DNA from: an uncultured Gemmatimonadota bacterium
Lineage (GTDB): Bacteria > SM23-81 > DAOVCL01
DNA: 27,735 nt
Reading direction: 5' to 3'
Assembly: GCA_964626665.1 (NCBI GenBank)
Contig: CAZVGK010000036.1
Location: 1 to 27,735, forward strand
The notes beneath the pieces are model-generated. The model did no database searches. It saw nothing but the letters and a program-made list of their open reading frames with translations, and had not been told where the DNA came from. The translations under genes were made by a program, and so were the position numbers. This document shows, piece by piece, positions 17,731-24,596 of the stretch. The stretch's first letter is position 1; every line of letters starts with the position of its first letter.

Positions 17731-18141
17731 AGTCTTCTCCGCTGCAATTTCTTGTTCTATCCATTTTGGTAGCGGTTCACAAGTTGCTTTGGAGTAAAGA
17801 GTTTCAGGGGCTATGTCTACATCTTCTCCCCAGAAGAGTGTCCCCAAATCACGGTTGGCTTCAAACCGTTTGAAGTATTCCGGATTTTTGAGTTTCCCAA
17901 AGATACCACCTTTCTGTGTATAGCCCAATCTATTCATAAATTAGGGTGAGGATCTCCGATACTCATAGATTTTATGTTGTAGGGACAGGGCTTCAGCCCT
18001 GTCCGGGGAGAACGGACAGACATAAATGTCTGTCCCTACGGAATGACCAGATAACCTCTGGATAATGGGGCCGTCATTAGTTTATGAATAATGCAGGATA
18101 GGGGAGAAAATCGATTACGCCTGTCTTCCCATTCTCAAATT
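17725..18141 (-). pseudogene. DUF2442-family gene interrupted by a MITE and 5'-truncated
   Basis: Removing 17924-18097 plus one ATAG restores FENGKTGVIDFLPY-TQKGGIFGKLKNPEYF...GTLFWGEDVDIAPETLY. Confidence 0.85.
17924..18097. mobile_element. 174-bp MITE with 4-bp TSD (ATAG)
   Basis: TIRs CCCAATCTATTCATAAATTA and (reverse complement) CCTGCATTATTCATAAACTA. ATAG at 17920-17923 and 18098-18101. Internal GTAG...CTAC REP pair at 17978-18039. Confidence 0.9.
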
Positions 18142-18250
18142 TCGAGAAAGATCGAGGTTAAACCTTCAATTGACAATCTAAAGTTGCCTGGCACTTGCCC
18201 TGAGCTAAGAGTCTCTCACCATAATTGGTATTTAAAGGTTTGACCCCAAA

Positions 18251-18295
18251 TGTGCTTGCGTGTGAAGCGCTGTCGGCTCCAGCGAGCTGTTAGCG
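18251..18295 (-). other. Truncated attC (left half)
   Basis: CGCTAAC AGCTCGCTGGAGCCGAC... is complementary to the cassette core GTTAGCG at 18724-18730. It is cut off at a TGACCCC motif. Confidence 0.7.
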
Positions 18296-18299
18296 ATTA

Positions 18300-18683
18300 C
18301 TATTGTGAAGCCAAAAATCCTCCGATGACTGCTAAAATTGGTTTCAGTTTCTTTTGAATTGGATCTACCTCCACACCGAAATTTTCCAAGGCTGTAGCTC
18401 CTATCAGGAATAGTGAGCCTTTTCGCGCGAAAATCACCGGGCAAGGAATAATACCTTCTAGACCTTCAATCTGAAAATTGCAAAAGCCAAGCAGTCTCGT
18501 ATCTTTTCGTCCATCTGCAAGTATAAGATTCCGCTTAACGGATGGCTCCACACCTATCCTTTCAAGGTAATCCTCAGGAACAAAGGAATAAAGAGCTCCT
18601 GTATCCACCCAAAACTCCTCTTCAAAAAATTGATCAGGGTCTTGGCTGTTGGAGACTTTTACCTTTTTCTTGAACATGCCCAT
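18300..18683 (-). CDS. Clan AA (retropepsin-like) aspartyl protease, gene cassette
   Basis: VDTGA catalytic motif, LADG and LIGATALE. Confidence 0.88.
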   Translation of the reverse strand: MGMFKKKVKVSNSQDPDQFFEEEFWVDTGALYSFVPEDYLERIGVEPSVKRNLILADGRKDTRLLGFCNFQIEGLEGIIPCPVIFARKGSLFLIGATALENFGVEVDPIQKKLKPILAVIGGFLASQ

Positions 18684-18723
18684 ATTGTTGCTCCTCTTTA
18701 TTACAATATTTCCTTGTCATTAT

Positions 18724-18782
18724 CGCTAACGCTTGAGTTCAGCCGCCGCTGTAAAGCGGTCGGCTGGAATGAATGGTTAGGC
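18724..18782 (-). other. Canonical 59-bp attC site
   Basis: GCCTAAC CATTCATTCCAGCCGACCGC TTTACA GCGGCGGCTGAACTCAAGC GTTAGCG. Confidence 0.93.
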
Positions 18783-18821
18783 CAATCATGTATCAAGTCA
18801 AGACCTGATATTATGAAAAAG

Positions 18822-18850
18822 TTGCACATCTCGCATTTTGGTTGTATAAT
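18822..18850 (+). promoter_or_regulatory. sigma70 promoter for the IS transposase
   Basis: TTGCAC-17 bp-TATAAT. Confidence 0.7.
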
Positions 18851-18891
18851 GAGGGTTAGAGGAAGAAACCTAAAGCAGAGGGGGTGCAACT

Positions 18892-19935
18892 ATGTTATAT
18901 GTCGGTGTTGACTTTCATAAGAAGTATTCACACATCACTGAGATGGATGAAAGGGGTACCATCAGCCGACAATTCAGGTTATCTAATGAGCGGGAATCTC
19001 TCATCCAATATGTAGACTACCTTCCCTCACACAGCGGAGTGGCTGTAGAGGCGACTTATAATTGGTACTACTTCTATAAGCTGCTTGAAGGGCATGATAT
19101 TGATGTCTCCCTTGCTCATCCTGCTAAGACCAAAGCGATAGCCTCTGCCAGGATAATGAATGACAAGATCAGTTCAACTATACTGGCAGACCTTTTGCGC
19201 ACCAACTATCTGCCCACTGCCTATATCCCCCCCAGAGAGGTGAGAGATACCAGAGAGGTCCTTCGCTCCCGTGCCTTCCTGGTTGCCATGCGCACCCGGT
19301 TGAAGAACAGAGTCCATGCCATTCTCTCCAAGAATGGGCTGGAATCCCCATATACCGATATCTTTGGCAAAAAGAGCCTTAAGTGGCTTAAAGGGTTGGA
19401 ACTACGCCCCTGCTATCGCCAGCCCTTAGATAGCTACATCCGCCTGGCAGACTCCTTCGGCAAGGAGACAGAGCTGATCACCCAGACTATTCAGTCCTTG
19501 GCTATAGAAAGTCCTCAGGCCCGACTACTGGACACCCATCCGGGCATTAGTTACTACTCTGCCCTACTGATAGCCACAGAGATTGGCACTATTGATCGTT
19601 TCCCTACCCATGGACAACTCTGCTCTTATGCCGGGTTGGTGCCCTCGGTTCATTCCTCTGGGGGGAAGACTCGTCTGGGCTCTATCACCAAACAGGGCTC
19701 TAAGTGGTTAAGGTGGATACTGATTGAGTGTTCCTCCCATGCGGCAAGGGGCTCAGCACGGTATAAGTCCCTGTATGCCCGGGTAGCTTATAGGCATGGG
19801 AAGGCAGTGGCCAGAGTTGCAGTGGCCAGGAGCATGCTTAGGGTGATGTATTACATGCTCAAATATAACAGGCCGTTTCAAGAGCACCCCGTATTGGGCG
19901 GTCTCCAGTTAGCACCATGGGGTCATAACCTTTGA
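18892..19935 (+). CDS. IS110-family DEDD recombinase/transposase
   Basis: YVGVDFHK, VEAT, NDKIS, PGI, YAGLVP..HSSGG and ITKQGSKWLRW. Confidence 0.95.
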   Translation: MLYVGVDFHKKYSHITEMDERGTISRQFRLSNERESLIQYVDYLPSHSGVAVEATYNWYYFYKLLEGHDIDVSLAHPAKTKAIASARIMNDKISSTILADLLRTNYLPTAYIPPREVRDTREVLRSRAFLVAMRTRLKNRVHAILSKNGLESPYTDIFGKKSLKWLKGLELRPCYRQPLDSYIRLADSFGKETELITQTIQSLAIESPQARLLDTHPGISYYSALLIATEIGTIDRFPTHGQLCSYAGLVPSVHSSGGKTRLGSITKQGSKWLRWILIECSSHAARGSARYKSLYARVAYRHGKAVARVAVARSMLRVMYYMLKYNRPFQEHPVLGGLQLAPWGHNL

Positions 19936-20035
19936 GGTTCTCGGTTTGATTGCGCGGCTGGTGTCCAATAATATACTGTGCCTTGAGCACGTATAGGTGA
20001 CTGACAAGTAGTCCTTAAGACTCTATTGGACAGTT
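19905..20035 (+). ncRNA. Putative bridge/seek RNA of the IS1111 element
   Basis: Two stem-loops, each with two guide segments flanking a small hairpin. The guides match the target flanks and the element's own ends. Boundaries are approximate. Confidence 0.75.
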
Positions 20036-20171
20036 ATTTAATCTCAAAGAACAAAGGAGGGAAAACTTTACGGCACAGAAAAACTACCATAATACCCAGG
20101 GGTGAGTGGCAACTTTTTCATAGGTGACCCCATTATCCTTTCGATTCGCCGTTTCGCGCGCGGGTCATCAA

Positions 20172-20516
20172 TTACTTCCCCTCATCCAGGATACGGTCGA
20201 GTACCTCGATAAGTTCAGGAAGATTTGTCTGAACCGTATCCCATAGGATGTCGTAATCCACAAAGTCGTATCCGTGAATTAAGCGATGGCGCATGCCAAT
20301 GACTTCCGGCCAGGGGATTTGCGGATACTGCGCCTGTACGTCAGCGGGAACTTGACTTGCTGCCTCTCCCACCAATTCCACCAAGTGGGTCAGGGCCAGC
20401 CGGAGCATCTCGTTCGAATCCAGATCCTCACGTCTCTGCCCCTGGATTATATCGACGGCTCTGCGTGCATAGTCCCGCATGTGCTGCAACCGCACCTTCG
20501 GATCACGCCTGGACAT
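20172..20516 (-). CDS. HepT-like (DUF86/HEPN) ribonuclease toxin
   Basis: VGEAA...[15 protein letters not shown] contains the R-x4-H HEPN motif. Confidence 0.9.
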   Translation of the reverse strand: MSRRDPKVRLQHMRDYARRAVDIIQGQRREDLDSNEMLRLALTHLVELVGEAASQVPADVQAQYPQIPWPEVIGMRHRLIHGYDFVDYDILWDTVQTNLPELIEVLDRILDEGK

Positions 20517-20808
20517 ACTGTACCTCTGCCTCTTGCATAACTTCATCGCGGAAATACTTACTCAGGCTCTTCGGCGTGTTCATATCCACTTTCCGGCCTC
20601 CCAGAAGGCGCGAGAGCTCCTGCTCCATATCGTAAAGCTCGAAGAACCCCACCCGCGCACCTGGCTCAAACTCCACCAGCACGTCCACGTCGCTGCCGGA
20701 GGTGAAATCTTCGCGTAGCACCGATCCGAACAAGGCCAGACGGCGAATCCGATTGCGGCGGCAAAAATCAGCAAGTTTTTCTTTCGGTATCTCTATTTTT
20801 GCTTTCAC
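20503..20808 (-). CDS. Minimal nucleotidyltransferase (MNT) antitoxin; start uncertain
   Basis: [24 protein letters not shown] (GS-x10-DxD). Overlaps the HEPN gene. Confidence 0.9.
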   Translation of the reverse strand: MKAKIEIPKEKLADFCRRNRIRRLALFGSVLREDFTSGSDVDVLVEFEPGARVGFFELYDMEQELSRLLGGRKVDMNTPKSLSKYFRDEVMQEAEVQYVQA

Positions 20809-20824
20809 GCCTGTATGTGAGAAA

Positions 20825-21129
20825 GGGGACACCTTTTGTAAGCCCTTATAAGCCAGAGATATAAATATTTTCCCCTCGATTGAACATCAGACCCTATGGC
20901 CAGAAAATAGTTACGCTATCAGAGAAGCAGATAAGAGACGGCTTACAGAACAGTTGCCGGAAGAGGAGAAATCGTTTAGGAGCAGCAAAGAGGTTGTTGG
21001 TGGGCCCCAGTTGCTGGGAGAGCTTTTACGGAGGCCGAGCCGCTTTCTGCGTCAGGAAAGGGTCGGAGATTCAAAGACTTAATTAGTTCCTAATATACTA
21101 TAACAAAAGGGATTGTAAAATGTGTCCCC
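20825..21129. mobile_element. 305-bp MITE-like element with GGGGACAC terminal inverted repeats
   Basis: Left GGGGACACCTTTTGTAAGCCCTT versus right (reverse complement) GGGGACACATTTTACAATCCCTT, 19/23 identical. No clear TSD. Confidence 0.75.
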
Positions 21130-21164
21130 CAAACGCCCATCTTTGATGCCCCACGTTGCTAACT

Positions 21165-22112
21165 CTACAGAGATAGCCTTCCCGGTACCTTCGGAAAGTG
21201 CGTCACATCCCTAATCCTCTTCCGCCCACATACAAATCTCGTCATCCGCTCCATCCCGATCCCGAATCCAGCTGATGGCGGAAGACCCCGCGCCGCAAAC
21301 TCTAGATACAACATGAAGTCTTCAGGATCCAGGCCCGCAGCCTCGATTCTCCTCACAATCCGCTCGTAGGTGTGCTCTCGCTCGCCTCCCGATAGCGCCT
21401 CTCCATATCCCTCTGGATACAAGAGATCCATGTCTATCAGCGTCCCTGGCCACTTATCATCCTCCCGATCATAGAACTCTCGCGCTTCCAGTGCCACATC
21501 CACTATCCAGACCGGCTCCTGGTGTTGCTGCGAAATAATCACCTCAAAGCTTCCTCCATACTGATCGTATGCCTCACGGTACGGTATCCGCCGGAATGGT
21601 TTGCTGGGTACGACAAGCTCCCGCTCGAAATATGCCAGTTCCTCCACGCACCGCTCCCTCACCTCCGACAGGGTATAGATGATCAGATCCTCACCCAGAT
21701 CCATCACTTCATCTCTGGTTGCCTCCTTCACCTCCAAATCTAGCTGCGTGAACTCCGCCAGGTGACGCCCTGTATCAGCCAGCTCTATTGGCTCCAACCG
21801 GATGTTCGGTGAAAAGGCGAAGATCTTGCGATGCCCGAGAAGTATCATCTGCTTGTGGAGAATCATACTCCTGGTGAGCTGATACCGGTGTTCGTAGTAC
21901 TCTACCTCTGCCTTCCCCGTCGCGTGACGGAGTGGATCAGTCACCGGCGACATAATCACGGGCAAAATCTCCATGAAATCTTGCTGACGCAGGAAATCGC
22001 CCGTGGCTTTCAATATCTCACTCTGCACCCTGAGGGCGTGTCCCAGTGACTCCGACCTCAAGCGTTCATACTGCCTTTCAACGAAATCCTTCAGCTTCGG
22101 ATCGTGCATCAT
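21165..22112 (-). CDS. Archaeal-type asparagine synthetase A (AsnRS catalytic-core paralog without the anticodon-binding domain)
   Basis: 315 aa. SPVTDPL, LTRSMILHKQ, SPNIRLE..TGRHLAEFTQLDLE, GEALSGGERE and PSAGFGIGMER. AGGAG RBS. Confidence 0.85.
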   Translation of the reverse strand: MMHDPKLKDFVERQYERLRSESLGHALRVQSEILKATGDFLRQQDFMEILPVIMSPVTDPLRHATGKAEVEYYEHRYQLTRSMILHKQMILLGHRKIFAFSPNIRLEPIELADTGRHLAEFTQLDLEVKEATRDEVMDLGEDLIIYTLSEVRERCVEELAYFERELVVPSKPFRRIPYREAYDQYGGSFEVIISQQHQEPVWIVDVALEAREFYDREDDKWPGTLIDMDLLYPEGYGEALSGGEREHTYERIVRRIEAAGLDPEDFMLYLEFAARGLPPSAGFGIGMERMTRFVCGRKRIRDVTHFPKVPGRLSL

Positions 22113-22135
22113 GTCTCCTCCTTAACGAACGAGCA

Positions 22136-22214
22136 GTCTAACGCCGAGCTAAGCCGCAAGCGATGTCGGCGCGAAGCGCCGACGTAGCGAGTCGGCTTGA
22201 GCGCTATGTTAGGG
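22136..22214 (-). other. Canonical attC site (79 bp)
   Basis: CCCTAAC ATAGCGCTCAAGCCGAC...GTCGGCGC TTC GCGCCGAC...GCGGCTTAGCTCGGC GTTAGAC. Confidence 0.93.
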
Positions 22215-22217
22215 AGT

Positions 22218-22670
22218 TTACACAACTAGCCACATTCCCACGATCACAAGTGCCGTAGTCACAGCCACTATGTAGACATAAAGGCCCCAACCAAGAAAGC
22301 GCTTCGAAGCACGCACTTCAATAGGCCTAAACCAGTCCTCAGGAAGGCCAAATTCTTCCTTTCTATCCTTCAGGAATTTTTTCTGATTAAAGATTTGTAA
22401 ATTTCGGTACGTCAAATAATTTTTGTGGTTATTCCAGAGAACTTGCACTACCCAAGAAGCGAGAATTGAAAAAAGGATCGTGATAATCGTTTTTGCAATA
22501 CACGGAAGCGCAAACGAAGAACTATTGTTTTTTAGAGCGATCAAGACGCCTACCAATCCGAAGTTAATGGCAACGTAGAACGCCATGACCTTGGTTGGCC
22601 ATGATCTGTTGTGCTCGACCTCTATGTTCGCTTGGTCTAGAATGTATTTCTGAATATCTTGCTCTTCCAT
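22218..22670 (-). CDS. Hypothetical membrane protein (about 3 TM), first cassette
   Basis: 150-aa AT-rich ORF with three hydrophobic stretches, lying between GTTAGGGA and the complementary TCCCTAAC. Confidence 0.75.
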   Translation of the reverse strand: MEEQDIQKYILDQANIEVEHNRSWPTKVMAFYVAINFGLVGVLIALKNNSSSFALPCIAKTIITILFSILASWVVQVLWNNHKNYLTYRNLQIFNQKKFLKDRKEEFGLPEDWFRPIEVRASKRFLGWGLYVYIVAVTTALVIVGMWLVV

Positions 22671-22683
22671 GGGGATTCTTTTC

Positions 22684-22831
22684 TCCCTAACTATTGTTTA
22701 TATGGTTTCCAGATAAGACCACTTTCCGGTATCCCTTCAGTATAAGCCACCACAAGGAAGTTTCGCTAAGCTGTTCCATCTCAAAGCCTTATGACTGCAC
22801 AGGAGTTGTTCCAGCGTTTTATATGGTTTCC
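22684..22831 (-). other. Putative attI site with upstream direct repeats
   Basis: TAAACAATA-GTTAGGG core with no attC-type hairpin. The 14-bp repeat GGAAACCATATAAA occurs at 22697-22710 and 22818-22831. Confidence 0.6.
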
Positions 22832-22973
22832 GCATAATACGCTTCGTCGATTTTTTTCACAGAATTTCAACCGGGACGCATACACAGCACCAGCCTCAGC
22901 CCATTTCATGCGTATAGATTATGATGACCCGCAGATCGTTATGCTCCAAGAGCTCTTTGACCGTTCAAGATAG

Positions 22974-23046
22974 TACGCCGCCGGGGAATCGAACCCCGAA
23001 CCTACTGATTAAGAGTCAGTTGCTCTACCAATTGAGCTAGCGGCGC
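22974..23046 (-). tRNA. tRNA-Lys(CTT)
   Basis: Cloverleaf GCGCCGC TAGCTCAATTGGTAGAGC..CTGA CT CTT AA TCAG..GGTTCGATTCC. CCA is not encoded. Confidence 0.96.
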
Positions 23047-23049
23047 ATA

Positions 23050-23122
23050 TGAGGGCGGAAGGGATCGAACCTTCGACCTACGGCTTAAAAGGCCGTTGCT
23101 CTACCAACTGAGCTACGCCCCC
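23050..23122 (-). tRNA. tRNA-Lys(TTT)
   Basis: GGGGGCG TAGCTCAGTTGGTAGAGC..CGGC CT TTT AA GCCG..GGTTCGATCCC. Confidence 0.96.
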
Positions 23123-23315
23123 CCCAAAAAAAACAGCTTACAGCAGTCAGCAATCAGCGGTCAGCTAATTTTAATGGTAACGGATTTCCCCCTCATCCCT
23201 GAAAACTAACCCCCTAGAACTTAGCTCCCTTGCGGTCGCTAACTTCTCCAGAGGGCCTCACGACCCTATGGCGCTCCACAATCCTACGCCAGCTCGGATT
23301 GCTCCGCTGTCACCC

Positions 23316-23339
23316 TTGAAGGGGGCATGCCCCCTTCAA
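23316..23339. repeat. Perfect 24-bp palindrome downstream of purA
   Basis: TTGAAGGGGGCATGCCCCCTTCAA. It could be a terminator or a REP-like element. Confidence 0.7.
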
Positions 23340-23387
23340 ACAATCCCCACATTTCGAAATTTCTTAGAAATTCCGAAACGTCAACTG

Positions 23388-24593
23388 TTACCCCATCTCC
23401 ACCACATTTCCCCGTTGGGGGCCGGTGAAAACCCAAGCCATCTTCACCCCAACATAGGTGGAAATTTTATCAATATATGCCTTGGCCTGGGGAGGAAGCT
23501 TCCCAAACTCCCTTATCTCCTTGGTGGGATTCTCCCATCCCGGGAGCCCTTCATATACGGGCTCACAACGCTCCAAGTTGGGAGGAAATTCCTCTATCCT
23601 TTTTCCATTATGCAGATAAGCTATACATAACTTAATCTCTGGCATTTCATCTAAGACATCCAGCTTGGTTAAGGCCACTCTTCCTACCCCATTGACCCGA
23701 CAGGCATATCTTAAGGCCACTAAGTCAAGCCAACCACAGCGCCGGGGACGGCCGGTGGTGGCCCCATACTCCTTCCCTTTCCTCTGCAAGAGTCTTCCCC
23801 AATCGTCCTTTAACTCCGTGGGAAATGGTCCATTCCCCACCCTGGTGGTATATGCCTTGGTCACCCCGATCACCTCACCTATCTCCGTGGGTCCCACCCC
23901 AGTGCCCAAACAGGCCCCACCTGCCGTGGTGTGGGAGGAGGTGACAAAGGGATAGGTCCCCTGATCGATGTCCAAAAGGGTCCCTTGTGCCCCCTCGAAG
24001 AGGAGGCTCTTCCCCTCCTGCCAGGCTTGGTTTAGAAATAGCTCCACATCCTTAACATAGGACCTTATCCTCTCCCCCAGCCCTTGCAACTCCTGGGTCA
24101 ACCCCGGCGAGTTTTCCCCCGCTAACGAGAGCCTCTCTTCAAGACTGTCCTCATAGAGGTCTCCCACCCTCAATCCCAATCTGGCATACTTCTGGGCGTA
24201 GGCGGGACCTATGCCTTTAAGGGTCGTCCCGATCCTCTTCTCCCATGGGCCTTCAAAACTTTTGTGCTGGGGGAGGACTAAATGGGCCCTCAGGGAGAGG
24301 AAGAGACGTCCTTGGGTGTTTATCCCCCTACGATTTAACCCATCTATCTCCTTAAGGAGGGCGGGGAGATCCACCACCATCCCCCCTCCTAAAACGCAGA
24401 TCGTTCCCGGATGGAGAATGCCACTGGGGATGAGATGGAATACATATCTTTCGTTGTCAACCCAGACCGTATGTCCGGCGTTAGCGCCCCCCTGATAGCG
24501 AACGACAATATCGGCCTCCTCGGCCAAAGAGTCTATCACCCTACCCTTCCCCTCATCCCCCCACTGGAGCCCCACCACTACCCGGCTGGGCAT
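23388..24593 (-). CDS. purA: Adenylosuccinate synthetase
   Basis: GLQWGDEGKG, GGANAGHT, EGAQG, GTYPFVTSS and GATTGRPRRCGW. Confidence 0.98.
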   Translation of the reverse strand: MPSRVVVGLQWGDEGKGRVIDSLAEEADIVVRYQGGANAGHTVWVDNERYVFHLIPSGILHPGTICVLGGGMVVDLPALLKEIDGLNRRGINTQGRLFLSLRAHLVLPQHKSFEGPWEKRIGTTLKGIGPAYAQKYARLGLRVGDLYEDSLEERLSLAGENSPGLTQELQGLGERIRSYVKDVELFLNQAWQEGKSLLFEGAQGTLLDIDQGTYPFVTSSHTTAGGACLGTGVGPTEIGEVIGVTKAYTTRVGNGPFPTELKDDWGRLLQRKGKEYGATTGRPRRCGWLDLVALRYACRVNGVGRVALTKLDVLDEMPEIKLCIAYLHNGKRIEEFPPNLERCEPVYEGLPGWENPTKEIREFGKLPPQAKAYIDKISTYVGVKMAWVFTGPQRGNVVEMG

Positions 24594-24596
24594 CCC

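Larger units (their letters stand above)
18806..20124 (+). mobile_element. IS110-family element, IS1111 subgroup
   Basis: Subterminal IRs ATGAAAAAGTTGC at 18813-18825 and 20109-20121, 7 nt and 3 nt from the ends. Long non-coding right end. TGA core at both junctions. Confidence 0.9.
16825..22973. mobile_element. tRNA-Lys-integrated genomic island with an integron-like cassette array
   Basis: Bounded by 40-bp tRNA direct repeats. Contains attC sites, TA modules, an IS and MITEs. No integrase ORF. Confidence 0.85.

Noticed and set aside
18724-18812. IS1111 inserted into the attC site (IS1111-attC type)
   Set aside because: The attC is intact and ends 23 bp before the IS. The guides match TGACCCC, not attC.
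15900-20132. Single composite transposon bounded by TGGGGTCAGG and the reconstituted CCTGACCCCA
   Set aside because: It would straddle the island boundary at 16785 rather than nest with it. Independent motif copies are a simpler explanation.
22791-22973. Remnant of an integrase next to the tRNA/attI site
   Set aside because: The 60-aa ORF has no recognisable tyrosine-recombinase motifs.
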